Assembly (NCBI GenBank): GCA_965207455.1
Contig: CBDBMJ010000001.1
Span: forward strand, 896,001-960,000
Direction: 5' to 3'
Length of the DNA stretch: 64,000 bases
DNA from: Bdellovibrionota bacterium
Lineage (GTDB): Bacteria > Bdellovibrionota > UBA1018 > CAIPTA01 > JAALKR01
Both the position numbers and the translations under genes were made by a program. This document shows, piece by piece, positions 1-12,309 of the stretch. Below the pieces are notes generated by a model. The model had not been told where the DNA came from. It searched no databases and worked only from the letters and a program-made list of their open reading frames with translations. Position 1 is the first letter of the stretch; each line of letters begins with the position of its first letter.

Positions 1-577
1 CAAAATCCGTAAGGTTACGCTTCTCTCTCATATCCACTCGAATACCCGCTTCTAAATTTTTCTCATCTAATTTCCCCAACTCACCATAACGGGGAAACTT
101 AGACGTATCAAAATAAAGACCGTCACTCGTAATATAAACAAAACCTTTTTTTTCTAATACACGAATCATCTCGATCATCTCAGGGATGTGATCCGTAGCC
201 TTAGGAATTACCTGAGGCTTTTGTATATGAAGCCTTTCCATATCCTTGAAAAAAGCTTTTGTATAAAATTCAGCAATATCCCAAGCTGTCTTGCCTTCTC
301 TACGAGAACCACTTTCCATTTTATCCTCACCCTCGTCCCCATCTGAAACCAAGTGACCCACATCCGTGATATTCATCACATGGGTAACGTCAAAATGGGC
401 GTAACGCAAAGCTCGAACTAAAATATCCTCAAACACATAGGTGCGAAGATTTCCAATATGGGCATAGTTATACACCGTGGGACCGCAAGTATATAAACGA
501 ACCTTTCCCGGCTCTATAGGAATAAATTTTTCTTTTTTACGAGAAAGGGAATTAAATAAATAAATATCTTGAACCAA
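1..577 (-). CDS. cysS: Cysteine--tRNA ligase, N-terminal part (runs off window start)
   Basis: Manual minus-strand translation from TTG at 577: [51 protein letters not shown], containing the CysRS CGPTVY and HIGN motifs. Absent from the ORF track because it is truncated. Confidence 0.95.
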   Translation of the reverse strand, partial: MVQDIYLFNSLSRKKEKFIPIEPGKVRLYTCGPTVYNYAHIGNLRTYVFEDILVRALRYAHFDVTHVMNITDVGHLVSDGDEGEDKMESGSRREGKTAWDIAEFYTKAFFKDMERLHIQKPQVIPKATDHIPEMIEMIRVLEKKGFVYITSDGLYFDTSKFPRYGELGKLDEKNLEAGIRVDMREKRNLTDF

Positions 578-589
578 ATAAAAAGCCCC

Positions 590-1462
590 CTAAGCTATAA
601 CTGAAGCTAACTTTGCACCCATTTCTGCAGGACTTTTGCAAACAACCACCCCTGCAGATTCTAGGGCATCTATTTTAGCTGCTGCTGTACCCTTACCCCC
701 TGAAATAATAGCTCCCGCATGACCCATACGTTTACCCTTAGGAGCTGTTGTGCCCGCAATAAACGCAACCACAGGTTTTTTAAATTCATGTCGAATATAT
801 TCAGCTGCTTCTTCCTCCGCAGAACCTCCAATCTCACCAATCATAATAACCGCATCTGTGTTGGCATCTTGATTGTACGCTGTTAGTACATCAATAAAGC
901 TGGTGCCATTAATGGGATCTCCACCAATACCCACACAAGTACTCTGACCAATTCCTCGCTGAGTAAGTTGAAAAACAGCCTCATAAGTGAGAGTTCCTGA
1001 ACGGGAAAGCACCCCAACCCTTCCAGGCTTATGAATATGCCCCGGCATAATTCCAATTTTACATTCACCAGGAGTAATAATCCCTGGACAGTTGGGACCA
1101 ATCAATCGAGTGCTAGAATTTTTTAAATAATGATTCAATCGCAACATATCCAATACAGGAATCCCCTCAGTAATGGCCACAACTAAATCTAGACCAGCGT
1201 CAATGGACTCTTTTATGGCACTTCTAGCAAAACGGGGAGGAACAAATATTGCAGAAACGGTGGCATTTGTATGCTCTTTTGCCTCTTGAACTGAATCAAA
1301 AATAGGAACCCTATTCATAAATTTCGTTCCACCCTTGCCCGGAGTTACTCCTGCCACCACCTGCGAACCATAAGCTAAGCATTGCTCCCCATGGAAGCTA
1401 CCATGCTTGCCCGTAATCCCCTGGACCATAATCTTTGTATCTTTATTCACAAAAATAGACAT
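590..1462 (-). CDS. sucD: Succinyl-CoA ligase alpha subunit
   Basis: [14 protein letters not shown] and RMGHAGA (phospho-His) motifs. Confidence 0.98.
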   Translation of the reverse strand: MSIFVNKDTKIMVQGITGKHGSFHGEQCLAYGSQVVAGVTPGKGGTKFMNRVPIFDSVQEAKEHTNATVSAIFVPPRFARSAIKESIDAGLDLVVAITEGIPVLDMLRLNHYLKNSSTRLIGPNCPGIITPGECKIGIMPGHIHKPGRVGVLSRSGTLTYEAVFQLTQRGIGQSTCVGIGGDPINGTSFIDVLTAYNQDANTDAVIMIGEIGGSAEEEAAEYIRHEFKKPVVAFIAGTTAPKGKRMGHAGAIISGGKGTAAAKIDALESAGVVVCKSPAEMGAKLASVIA

Positions 1463-1466
1463 TTGC

Positions 1467-2647
1467 TTATTTCCCCTGCACCGCTTGTGTGACTTTTTTT
1501 CCCGCTTCCTCTAAAGAGTTTGCCGTAAGAATGGGCAAGCCAGAATTTTCCAACAAGTTTTTCCCCATCTCCACATTCGTACCCTCTAAGCGCACAACCA
1601 AAGGAACCTTGAGACTGGTTTCTTTCACAGCCTGAATAATTCCTTCCGCTATCACATCACATTTCATAATGCCACCAAAAATATTTACAAGAATAGATTT
1701 TACTTTAGAATCAGAAGTAATAATTTTAAAAGCAGCACTTACATTTTCTTTCGTAGCACCACCACCCACATCTAAAAAGTTTGCTGGCTCACTTCCATAA
1801 AATTTTATAATATCCATGGTGGCCATTGCTAAACCTGCACCATTGACCATACAACCCACATCTCCATCGAGAGAAATATAGGAAAGACCAAATTTGCTGG
1901 CTTCCAGTTCCGCAGAGTCTTCTTCTTTTGTATCCCTTAGGGCGAGGATGTCTTCGTGTCGCATAAGAGCGTTATCGTCGAAATTTACTTTCGCATCGAG
2001 AGCCAATAGGTGATTGTCCTTTGTAATAATCAAAGGATTAATCTCCACAAGAGTGCAATCTTTCTCCTGAAAAAGGGCAAGGAGCTTCTTTGCCATGTCT
2101 TCCAATTCCTTCTCAAGAGACGACGGAATATGGAGAGCTTGAGCAAGCTCTTTCGCTTGAGAAAATTCAAAGACCTGTGAAGATGGAGCCATGGAGATTG
2201 AGATAATTTTTTCCGGTGTCTTTGCCGATACCTCTTCTATATCCATGCCACCCTCTGTGCTCCCTAAAAAAGTAATCGTTTCCTTGGCTCTATCCACCAA
2301 AACAGCTAAATACAATTCTTTTGCAATGGCACTAGCCTCTTCAATTAAAACTTTTTCTACTAGCTTTCCCTCACTGCCTGTTTGGGGAGTCACTAAACGC
2401 ATGGAAATAATTTTTTTAGCTGCTCCTTCCACTTGGTCCAAGGATTCGACCAACTGTATTCCACCACCCTTGCCCCGTCCTCCTGCATGTACCTGAGCCT
2501 TTACTACCCATTTTTTTGCACCCGTTTCTTGGGAAATTTCTTCTGCCCTATCTCTTGCCTCTTGGGGCGTATACGCCACCTTTCCCAATGGCGTTGGTAT
2601 TCCATAGGAACGGAATAAATCTTTCGCCTGGTACTCATGAATATTCA

Positions 2648-2648
<1 letters not shown>
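1467..2648 (-). CDS. sucC: Succinyl-CoA ligase beta subunit
   Basis: MNIHEYQAK start, [28 protein letters not shown] motifs. Confidence 0.98.
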
Positions 2649-3636
<988 letters not shown>

Positions 3637-3642
3637 CTAGAA

Positions 3643-4866
3643 TTATATAATTTTTGCGCGCAAAGCCAACTCCAATTCTTGGAGAAACTCCTCTGTAGTC
3701 AAATAATGCTCTGCTTTTAAATCCTTACCATGAATACATAGGGCCAAATCTTTGGTCATTTTACCGGACTCCACTGTTTCCACACACACTTTTTCCAGTT
3801 TTTCAGCAAAGTCTATTAAAGGCTTGTTGCTATCCAGGCCCCCTCGAAAGGCAAGCCCCCGGGTCCAAGCAAAAATAGAGGCTATCGGGTTGGTAGAGGT
3901 TTTCTTCCCTTGCTGGTGCTGTCGGTAGTGACGAGTAACCGTCCCATGGGCAGCCTCTGCTTCCATGGTTTTCCCGTCGGGAGTGACTAGGGTGGAAGTC
4001 ATCAGACCCAAAGAACCAAATCCTTGAGCAACGGTGTCTGACTGCACATCTCCGTCGTAATTTTTACAAGCCCACACAAAAGCGCCACTCCATTTCAGTG
4101 CGGCAGCCACCATATCATCGATCAAGCGATGCTCATAAGTAATATTCTTTTTCTCAAAATCACTTTGGTATTCCTTTTCAAAAACTTCCTGAAAAATATC
4201 TTTAAACCGACCGTCGTATTTTTTCAAAATAGTATTTTTCGTCGATAAATATAGGGGCCAGCCCTTGAGCAATGCCATCTGAAAACAGCTCTTAGCAAAG
4301 CCCTGAATGGACTCGTCCGTATTATACATGGCAAGGGCAACACCGTCTCCAGAGAATTCGTGGACCGTATGCTGTTGAGGCTCACCCACCTCTGGCGTAT
4401 AGGTGATTGTAAGAGTGCCTTTTCCTTTTGTGACAAAATCCGTAGCCCGGTATTGATCACCAAAAGCATGACGACCAATACAAATGGGTTGGGTCCAATT
4501 GGACACAAGACGGGGGACATTCTTACAAAGAATGGGTTCTCGAAATACGGTGCCTCCCAGAATATTTCGTATAGTTCCATTGGGAGATCGGTACATCTTG
4601 CGTAAGTGAAACTCCTCTACGCGATCCTCATCGGGAGTAATCGTAGCGCATTTAATTCCGACTCCTGTCTCTCGAATGGCATGGGCCGCATCTATGGTCA
4701 CCTGATCGTCGGTATCATTGCGACGCTCCATTCCCAGGTCAAAATACTTAATGGGAAGATCCAAATAGGGCAGAATTAGCTTTTCTTTGATAAAATGCCA
4801 AATAATGCGAGTCATTTCGTCCCCATCAAGCTCCACAACAGGATTCTTTACAATAATTTTGTCCAT
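3643..4866 (-). CDS. icd: NADP-dependent isocitrate dehydrogenase (eukaryotic-type subfamily)
   Basis: [43 protein letters not shown] motifs. Confidence 0.98.
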   Translation of the reverse strand: MDKIIVKNPVVELDGDEMTRIIWHFIKEKLILPYLDLPIKYFDLGMERRNDTDDQVTIDAAHAIRETGVGIKCATITPDEDRVEEFHLRKMYRSPNGTIRNILGGTVFREPILCKNVPRLVSNWTQPICIGRHAFGDQYRATDFVTKGKGTLTITYTPEVGEPQQHTVHEFSGDGVALAMYNTDESIQGFAKSCFQMALLKGWPLYLSTKNTILKKYDGRFKDIFQEVFEKEYQSDFEKKNITYEHRLIDDMVAAALKWSGAFVWACKNYDGDVQSDTVAQGFGSLGLMTSTLVTPDGKTMEAEAAHGTVTRHYRQHQQGKKTSTNPIASIFAWTRGLAFRGGLDSNKPLIDFAEKLEKVCVETVESGKMTKDLALCIHGKDLKAEHYLTTEEFLQELELALRAKII

Positions 4867-4919
4867 AGGTTTCCTCTTTATTTCTTTATTATACTCTTGG
4901 AATTTTAAAACTATACTAT

Positions 4920-5333
4920 ATGATCTTCAGTATGAAGCAAGGACTTGTAGTATTTTTTTCCATCTTTTTCCTCCACGGCTGTGCTGCAATATCTGCGTTT
5001 AAGGACGCGCCCGAGCAAGTAAAAGAGTTGGAAAATCTAGGAACCCGTCAAGCGAGCACCATAGAAGAGAAAATGATCGACAAGTGCTTATACCATTTAT
5101 TCAAACGACAACAATACCACTATGAAAAATTTGGTCTCTACCTAAGCAATATTAAACGCTTAAAAACGAAAGATGTATGCGATGAATCCATCCAGCTTAG
5201 CCTACAAAAAAATAATAAGGGCTACCTTGCCATTGCAAAAATTAAAACTAAAGATGCAACAGTAAAGTGGTCACTTAGGGATAATGGAGAAGTGGTGGAG
5301 CATGACGACTTTTCATTCGACTTGAGTTTTTAA
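4920..5333 (+). CDS. Hypothetical lipoprotein
   Basis: Hydrophobic N-terminus ending in lipobox-like LHGC; real start may be the internal ATG (MKQG). No family recognised. Confidence 0.7.
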   Translation: MIFSMKQGLVVFFSIFFLHGCAAISAFKDAPEQVKELENLGTRQASTIEEKMIDKCLYHLFKRQQYHYEKFGLYLSNIKRLKTKDVCDESIQLSLQKNNKGYLAIAKIKTKDATVKWSLRDNGEVVEHDDFSFDLSF

Positions 5334-5336
5334 AGC

Positions 5337-7055
5337 TTATTCCGTATCTGTGAGTTCTTGGACAAGTGCACTAACCAGCACATCATCCTTTTGCCCAGGA
5401 AGTGGTCCATAAATCCTCTCGTACCAATAATTATTACGAAGGACGGATACCACGTAGTCCCGGGTTTCCATGAATGGAATGGTGTCATTCCATCTTAAAA
5501 TATTTTCTCTCTTAGGATAGTTCCTAAGCCATTGACGAACTCGTCGAGGCCCAGCATTATAAGCAGCCAACACCAACTCCACATCTCCATCAAAAGAGTT
5601 TCCTAGGCGTGTAAGGTATTTAATCCCCACCTGAGTATTGATTTTCACATTAAAAAGCCTTCTATGGCTATTGCGCTGTAAATACCTAGCCGTTGGTGGA
5701 AGAATTTGCATGAGTCCCCTAGCATTACTGGAAGATACAGCCCTATGATCAAAGGCACTTTCTTGACGAATTAAACTCATCACTAAGTTTGGATCAATCT
5801 TTCCTCTAGCAGCGGAATATATATTTTCAAAATAGGGCCTTGGATATAGAGAAAGTAAAACATTTTGACTAATTTTTTGAGGATACCTGCGATAGTAACG
5901 TGCAAGAAATAAAATATTAGAACGATAATAGCCGTTACTTAAATAAAGTTTAGATAAATAAAATACCACATTTTCTTCTAAATTTTTCACATCACTGGAA
6001 ATCCAATCTGTCCAACGGGAAACTTCTTTCCGTCTTCCTGCAAAGGCAAGTGCTTCTAACCAGTTAAACCGTAAATTTAAATCGGAGCGATTTTTACTTT
6101 TTCGCCATAATGGAATTTTTCCCCCAACAGGAATCTTATCCATGGGATCCATTCCCCATTCCTTTTGTACAGAAATTGTATAGTAACTAAGTGGGTATTC
6201 CTTTAATAATTGCTGCCAAAAATAATTGTCTTCTTTTTTTACTTTTTTCTTCTGCTGGAACCAACCGGACCAGTATAAACTTCTGTAACGCTCCCTTGTA
6301 ACTCTTCCCTCCATGGACTGGAGAATCCAAGACCTTGCTTTTTCCATTTCTCCACTCTCAAAAGCGATCATTCCATATTTCAAGTGCGCCTTCTCCCAGA
6401 AAAATCCTTTTCTATTCATACAGGGTTTTGCATGGCTAAAAAGTTTCAAAGCTGTTTTCTTTATATCTTTTTTAGAAAAATACTTTTCTGCACGCATGGC
6501 AAGCCCAAGAGAGACATTACGAGGACAGGAATTCAACTTCAATGATCTTCGAGCCAGCTTCTCAAATTCTCTGCTAGAACGAATACGTAACCCTAGAAAA
6601 ACACGCTCTGGACTTAAAGCCTTCTGCGCCCAAGTAACAGATCGGGAAGTCAAACGAAATCTCCTTCTAATCTTACGCTTACGAATTCTCTGTTTTCTTT
6701 TTAAACTATCTCTCTTTTCCTGCACCTGATAAAATTCCGTAAATACAGCACAATGGGGTTTATTTTTCTCAGATGCACAAAGTTCAGTATAGTAAGAACT
6801 ACGCTTTCCATACCTCATAGCTTTAGCAAAATTTTTCACAAAACCTTGTACCTCTTCACGGTCGATGTTTAAATCTTTGGATAACTGGTCCCAAGAAATG
6901 GGTTCAACAAAGACTTCATTTTCAAGAATCTTGCTGCTTAGTCTTCTATCTACAGGTAAAAAAGAACAGGAGGAAACACCACAGCCCATAAAACTTATAG
7001 CCAATATGGAACACAGGTATAGTTTGATTTTACAATGAATTTTTTCTATCTCCAT
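5337..7055 (-). CDS. Soluble lytic murein transglycosylase (SLT domain, helical N-terminus), probable lipoprotein
   Basis: C-terminal IRQES, ARGLMQI, AAYNAG and ETRDYV SLT motifs. Confidence 0.93.
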   Translation of the reverse strand: MEIEKIHCKIKLYLCSILAISFMGCGVSSCSFLPVDRRLSSKILENEVFVEPISWDQLSKDLNIDREEVQGFVKNFAKAMRYGKRSSYYTELCASEKNKPHCAVFTEFYQVQEKRDSLKRKQRIRKRKIRRRFRLTSRSVTWAQKALSPERVFLGLRIRSSREFEKLARRSLKLNSCPRNVSLGLAMRAEKYFSKKDIKKTALKLFSHAKPCMNRKGFFWEKAHLKYGMIAFESGEMEKARSWILQSMEGRVTRERYRSLYWSGWFQQKKKVKKEDNYFWQQLLKEYPLSYYTISVQKEWGMDPMDKIPVGGKIPLWRKSKNRSDLNLRFNWLEALAFAGRRKEVSRWTDWISSDVKNLEENVVFYLSKLYLSNGYYRSNILFLARYYRRYPQKISQNVLLSLYPRPYFENIYSAARGKIDPNLVMSLIRQESAFDHRAVSSSNARGLMQILPPTARYLQRNSHRRLFNVKINTQVGIKYLTRLGNSFDGDVELVLAAYNAGPRRVRQWLRNYPKRENILRWNDTIPFMETRDYVVSVLRNNYWYERIYGPLPGQKDDVLVSALVQELTDTE

Positions 7056-7321
7056 TCATACAAATAGAATAACAAAAAATGCAACAATTTAAACGTGTAA
7101 ATCAACTACTGGAAAAATATTTAATCCATACCTTTTATAAAAGCTCAAATAGACCATAAGAACTGAGGATTTTTTAATGAAATTTCAAGTTTGATAGAAG
7201 ATTAAGAAAAAGAACGCGATCGGTCAACACGGAAGAGTGATTTCAAGGAATTTTGAATATTTTTAGTGTATCCTAAAGGGAGTTCTATAAAATATAAGAC
7301 TGATACTCTAGGATTGAAACT

Positions 7322-9535
7322 ATGAAATATTTTTTCATTATTACTCTTATTTTTATGAGCAGCAAATCTTTTGCTGTTGACGAACCTAGAAAAGAATTTC
7401 ATCTTTGTTATTTTTCCCTAAACAATGAAAAAGAATTCAAGGTTATGAAAAAATTTTCTACAAAACTGAATAAATTATCCACCACAAAAATAAATATTAC
7501 TGAGTACCAAACAAAAGGTTCTGCACCTAATAAATCATTCAAGGAAATGATAGAATCGGGTGCAGAATGTGACGGGCTTGTGATATCGGGTCATCATACG
7601 GGGGCTTTTGGTGGGAAAAGGGCAAGTGGCTCTCTTGGTATTGACTACTTAGAAAAGCTATCTTGTAATCCTAAATATAAAAAATTCTTTGAAAATATCA
7701 ATGCATTATGGCTACAGGGATGCCGAACGTTAGGAGGGAAAATCTCTCCTGATACCTATCAAGACACAGCAGACTATCACACCAATCGTGTGGGAAATGT
7801 TTTAGAAGAAGATCATCTTAATCAAAGTTTTGCAGAATTAAATATGGAATTTAGTGCCACTCTAGATCAGGATAACCCTCTGTCTTCAAGATATTTAAGA
7901 GTTTTTCCGGGAGCTACTATTTTTGGTTGGACGGCAAGTGCCCCAGGTAAAAATGCTCAAAGTCAATTTAGTATTCCTTTTCATATGGCTCATATGAGTC
8001 GCCTTATAAATAAAGACAGTTTTGAGGATCCAAGGGAAGAGATGAGCGCTGTTGCAGTTGCAACTTCCGCAAATACGCTTTCACTGCTATTAACAAACAA
8101 AGCTGAATTATCACCCTGTGCTGCCGAATTCACAGAGAATTTAGGAATAGACGGATGGCTTTACCATGGCCAAGCAAAAACTAGCCCTCAAGGATCTCTG
8201 CCTTTTTCTTTTGCAAATCCAGATTTACAAGCTCATTCTTCCATTGCTACAAACATTAAAGAAAATAAAACCTTATTTCGAGCACAAAAATTAAATTGTG
8301 ATTTAAAAGAATCCACTAAACTTTCTGAAATATCTACAACATTAGATGAAATATTAAATAATGATAGTCTTTTACACTATAACTTTAATTCTATTATTGA
8401 ACTTATTCATCGATTTAAAGGAAAAGAGAATAATGAAGAAATAAATTTCATTCGAGAAAAACTGAAAAATTCTAAAAATTTCAATTCTTTTTTAAAAAGA
8501 AAACTTGAGGACAAAAGAGTCGGTATTATTCGGAAAATAGATTATTATGCTGTTTATCGAGAGTTTAATGAAAATAGTGCTGCGAAAGAAAAAAATACAA
8601 AAGCCTTAAAAAAACAGGTTTTAAAAATTTTAACAACTCCAATCGAGCCCTTTGATTATAATCAAAGAGATTTTGCAGAAACTCTCCTCCAGTCTTTAGC
8701 TAAGCATAAAATTTTAAATTTATCGGATTATAAAGTATTAATAAAGAAAGTGAAAAACAAAAATTTATTTGAAATCATTATTGATTATTCTCTAGAATTA
8801 AAAATATCTGAGGGAGAAAGAATTGAATTACTGAATTCTCTTTTAAATTTCTCTGATATAAGCAGCAGCTCTCTATTAAATATAACTAATGCATTTTTTA
8901 AATTAAAAACAGACTCTAAAAAACAAAAAAAAATAACTGAAAAAATAGTAAAACATGTGGAAAAAATATTCAATTCACCCGTAGTGGACGAAAATAGCTT
9001 AAATAATACAATGAAGATGCTTTCTAAATTAAAGATAAATTCTAAAAGACAAGAAAAAATAGTTGAAAAAATAATGGAAAATATAGAAAGGAAACTAAAT
9101 GAAACCATAATAGATACTTGGAGTTTGAAAAACATAACTGATGCGTTTTTTAAAATAAAAGTAGACTCTAAAAAACAAAAAGAAATAACTGAAAAAATAG
9201 TAAAACATATAGAAAGAGATTTAAATCATCAGATAAATTATTCTACACGTATCAGCTTTGATCTAAAAACAATAACTAATATACTTTCTAAATTAAAATT
9301 AAACCCTAAAAAACAAAAAGAAATAGTTGAGAAAATAGAAGAACACGCCGAAAATATTTTATCTGACCCCACGATTGGTACCGATAATACAATTAAGATA
9401 AACGAAATATTTTATCAGTTAAAAACTCGTCTTGAAAAACAGAAAGAACTAAATGAGAAAACAATAACAAAGTTCGAAAGCCTTTTACTTTTAAATGACC
9501 CTGCGATGACTACATATTATTTATTACATGCTTGA
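7322..9535 (+). CDS. Secreted protein with putative clan-CD (caspase/CHAT-like) cysteine protease domain and 42-aa helical repeats, paralogue A
   Basis: Signal peptide; LVISGHH and LWLQGCRT resemble the clan-CD His and Cys strands; C-terminal Lys/Ile-rich repeats. The protease assignment is an inference. Confidence 0.75.
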   Translation: MKYFFIITLIFMSSKSFAVDEPRKEFHLCYFSLNNEKEFKVMKKFSTKLNKLSTTKINITEYQTKGSAPNKSFKEMIESGAECDGLVISGHHTGAFGGKRASGSLGIDYLEKLSCNPKYKKFFENINALWLQGCRTLGGKISPDTYQDTADYHTNRVGNVLEEDHLNQSFAELNMEFSATLDQDNPLSSRYLRVFPGATIFGWTASAPGKNAQSQFSIPFHMAHMSRLINKDSFEDPREEMSAVAVATSANTLSLLLTNKAELSPCAAEFTENLGIDGWLYHGQAKTSPQGSLPFSFANPDLQAHSSIATNIKENKTLFRAQKLNCDLKESTKLSEISTTLDEILNNDSLLHYNFNSIIELIHRFKGKENNEEINFIREKLKNSKNFNSFLKRKLEDKRVGIIRKIDYYAVYREFNENSAAKEKNTKALKKQVLKILTTPIEPFDYNQRDFAETLLQSLAKHKILNLSDYKVLIKKVKNKNLFEIIIDYSLELKISEGERIELLNSLLNFSDISSSSLLNITNAFFKLKTDSKKQKKITEKIVKHVEKIFNSPVVDENSLNNTMKMLSKLKINSKRQEKIVEKIMENIERKLNETIIDTWSLKNITDAFFKIKVDSKKQKEITEKIVKHIERDLNHQINYSTRISFDLKTITNILSKLKLNPKKQKEIVEKIEEHAENILSDPTIGTDNTIKINEIFYQLKTRLEKQKELNEKTITKFESLLLLNDPAMTTYYLLHA

Positions 9536-9920
9536 TAGATTTCTTAAATTTAATATAATACATGAAAAAAGAGCGAAAATAATTGAAAAAATTATAAATC
9601 ATCGTCAAATGGATAGTCATTTTCTACTTTCAGCGGCCAATTATCTTGCTATTACTGAAGATAAAATAAGTAATTCCATAGATGGTATTGAAATGCAATT
9701 GATAGTATCTGATAATATCATACAATCTGAAAATTTGAATTCTAATATCTTAACAAAAATAATTGAAGCTCTTGATAATATTCCTAATAAGCTGAATGAA
9801 GAAATTAAAAGATTGCAGCAAAAAGGAGAGAAATTAAATCAAAGAGATGAAAAATTACGAAAGGAGATAAAAAGAATTTCAAAACTAGCCAAAGAGAAAG
9901 AAAGAGAACTTAGGCCGTGA
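9528..9920 (+). CDS. Probable frameshifted C-terminal continuation of the 7322 gene
   Basis: YYLL(H)+MLDRFLKFN continues the LLNITNAFFKLK repeat register; restoring 2 nt gives one 866-aa ORF. Confidence 0.65.
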   Translation: MLDRFLKFNIIHEKRAKIIEKIINHRQMDSHFLLSAANYLAITEDKISNSIDGIEMQLIVSDNIIQSENLNSNILTKIIEALDNIPNKLNEEIKRLQQKGEKLNQRDEKLRKEIKRISKLAKEKERELRP

Positions 9921-9935
9921 AGGTTCTAATTTTAT

Positions 9936-11081
9936 CTATGCAGAGTAAATTCTATCTACTAAGATTGGCAAGCGCTCAAGGAAAAGCTCAATTTCCTCTT
10001 GAGTATTTTCTGGACCTAAGCTCACCCGTATAAATGAACTGGCATCTTCCTTGCTATAGCCCATGGCTTCTAACACATGGGAAGGGCTTAGAGAACCAGA
10101 AGCACAAGCACTGCCCGTTGAAACAGCAAAACCCTCCAAGTCTAAACTCATCATTAGGGAATCCCCTCGAAGACCTTTAAAGAAAAGAGCGCTTGTGTTT
10201 ACCAGTCGATTCTTATCCCCACAAATGACGGAGGCTTTTTTTACCCTAGACAACACTCCCTCTTCCAGTCGATCTCGAAGGGAACGTATCTTCTCCAAAG
10301 AACAGGATCCTAACTGATGGGCTGCCTCTCCAAATCCAGAAATACCCATTACGTTTTGAGTACCTGCTCGTCGATTACGCTCCTGAGACGCACCATGAAT
10401 GAGGCTTTCCATTTTTATTCCTTTTCGTATAAACAAAGCTCCCACTCCCTTGGGTCCAGCAATTTTATGGGAGCTAAAACTAACGAAATCAGCTAAAGAC
10501 TCTTGAACGGAAAAAACCATTTTTCCAGGAGCCTGTACCCCATCTATATGAAATAAAGCACCATACTCTCGACAATACTCGCCCACCTGTCGATAGGGAA
10601 AAATCAAACCAGTCTCGTTATTAGCTGCCATAAGGCTCACCAAAGAAACATGGGATTTAGGAAAACTGCGCAATAGGCGAAGAACAGCTTCAGGATCGAT
10701 CTCTCCCTGTTTATTTACTTCCAAATAGTGAATATTGGCACCTAAGCTCGATAAAAATTCAGCCACATTTGTAGTAGCCTCGTGCTCCATTGGAGAAGTG
10801 ATCAGATGAAAAGAATGGTTACGAGAATGAAAATACACTCCCTTAAGAGCCATATTAATCGCCTCTGTGCCAGAGCCAGTAAATACTAATTCCTCTGGCC
10901 ACTGGACATGTAGCGCTTCTGAAAGCTGCTCACGAGCCGTATCTAAAACTAACTTAGCCTTGCGACCCGCCCAGTGCACACTGGACGGATTGCCAATAAC
11001 CTCTAAACAAGAGCGTAAATTTTCCTTAACACTAGAGCTCAGTACCGAGGTAGCATTATAATCAAAATATACTCTCCTCAA
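9936..11081 (-). CDS. Cysteine desulfurase (group I, IscS/NifS-like)
   Basis: YFDYNAT, GNPSS, SSHK (PLP lysine) and STGSAC (catalytic Cys) motifs. Confidence 0.95.
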   Translation of the reverse strand: MRRVYFDYNATSVLSSSVKENLRSCLEVIGNPSSVHWAGRKAKLVLDTAREQLSEALHVQWPEELVFTGSGTEAINMALKGVYFHSRNHSFHLITSPMEHEATTNVAEFLSSLGANIHYLEVNKQGEIDPEAVLRLLRSFPKSHVSLVSLMAANNETGLIFPYRQVGEYCREYGALFHIDGVQAPGKMVFSVQESLADFVSFSSHKIAGPKGVGALFIRKGIKMESLIHGASQERNRRAGTQNVMGISGFGEAAHQLGSCSLEKIRSLRDRLEEGVLSRVKKASVICGDKNRLVNTSALFFKGLRGDSLMMSLDLEGFAVSTGSACASGSLSPSHVLEAMGYSKEDASSFIRVSLGPENTQEEIELFLERLPILVDRIYSA

Positions 11082-11585
11082 TTAAATGTCCGGAGATTGA
11101 TCAACCGTAGTTTCTTCTGTGACTTCTGGAGTTGTAGTTTCCGGCATATCCAAAGCAGCTTCATCAAAAGCACCACGTGCTTTGCTGATCAAGTCCTTTA
11201 AAGTAGTTGTCTCCAAATACTCTTTCATTAAAGAAGCCAGGTTCTCAAAGTAGGTTTTTGTTAATACAAACTCAACCGTAGACTCTTTAATATTAGTAGA
11301 GCCCACAAGATCCCTTGCTGGGTTAATATTTTCTCCTACACTAAGCAATACGTCCTTTACGGCAATTTGATCTGTTGGACGAGCTAAAAGATAACCGCCC
11401 CCTGGACCACGAACACTTTTTACCAGCGTTCCTTTGCGTAAACGACGAAAAAGTTGCTCTAAATAATGTAGAGAAATTTCCTGCCTTTCACTAATTTCTT
11501 GTAACCGAACAGGTTTACCATCTGAGTGAAAACTCAAATCCAAAATTGCTCGCATTGCATACCTTCCTTTTGATGTCAGTCTCAT
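11082..11585 (-). CDS. Rrf2-family transcriptional regulator (IscR/CymR-like, no Cys ligands)
   Basis: MRLTSKGRYA and SVRGPGGGY motifs; no cysteine in the protein. Confidence 0.93.
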   Translation of the reverse strand: MRLTSKGRYAMRAILDLSFHSDGKPVRLQEISERQEISLHYLEQLFRRLRKGTLVKSVRGPGGGYLLARPTDQIAVKDVLLSVGENINPARDLVGSTNIKESTVEFVLTKTYFENLASLMKEYLETTTLKDLISKARGAFDEAALDMPETTTPEVTEETTVDQSPDI

Positions 11586-11848
11586 ATTTTTTACCCCTTA
11601 TAATTAATAAACAATCCATGTTTTTTCCTAAATCAATGTATACCATAACACATTGAGTTCATCCACTATTAGCGCTGATCAACTACTCATTTTGTTGCAC
11701 AGCATCTATCCCTCACCCATACACATATACCATTCCAATGTAAAAAAGTCAACAAACAATAGCAAACCCTATAAAAAATAATAAATCCAGTATTTTCAGT
11801 CACTTATGGCTATATGGGGGAGTTTTTCTGAAAAAAATATTATCTCAA

Positions 11849-12286
11849 TTATTTCAAGACTTTAGCTGCCATGGAGCTAGGCAGCAGGCAGGAGCGCCCC
11901 TGGTCCCTATAGAATAGCTCTATGGATAGTGTTTTTTCCTTAAGATCTAAAATAATAGGCTTGGGAAGACAGGAAAACCACTCCACAATAAAGAGTTTTT
12001 CCTGGTAAAAAAACTCCAAACCCCCCAAATCGTCCAGTATAGACTCAGATTCCTCAGGGGAAATACGGTAAAAATCACAGTGAATTACGGCTAATTTTGG
12101 GGTCTCATACTCATGAACAAGGTTGTATGTGGGACTACGTACCTGCTGGGCATCCCCATTCAAACCCTTCACTATTCCACGGGTAAGGCAGGTTTTTCCC
12201 ACCCCTAAATCCCCTATTAATTGAAGGATCTTTCCCACCTCCATATACGGAGCCAGGGCCTCTCCCAAAGCAATGGTTTCCTCCAC
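11849..12286 (-). CDS. tsaE: tRNA t6A biosynthesis ATPase TsaE
   Basis: GDLGVGKT P-loop, SPTY, HCDFYR, IVEW motifs. Confidence 0.95.
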   Translation of the reverse strand: MEETIALGEALAPYMEVGKILQLIGDLGVGKTCLTRGIVKGLNGDAQQVRSPTYNLVHEYETPKLAVIHCDFYRISPEESESILDDLGGLEFFYQEKLFIVEWFSCLPKPIILDLKEKTLSIELFYRDQGRSCLLPSSMAAKVLK

Positions 12287-12309
12287 ATTAGCGATTTGTT
12301 TTTCCCTAA

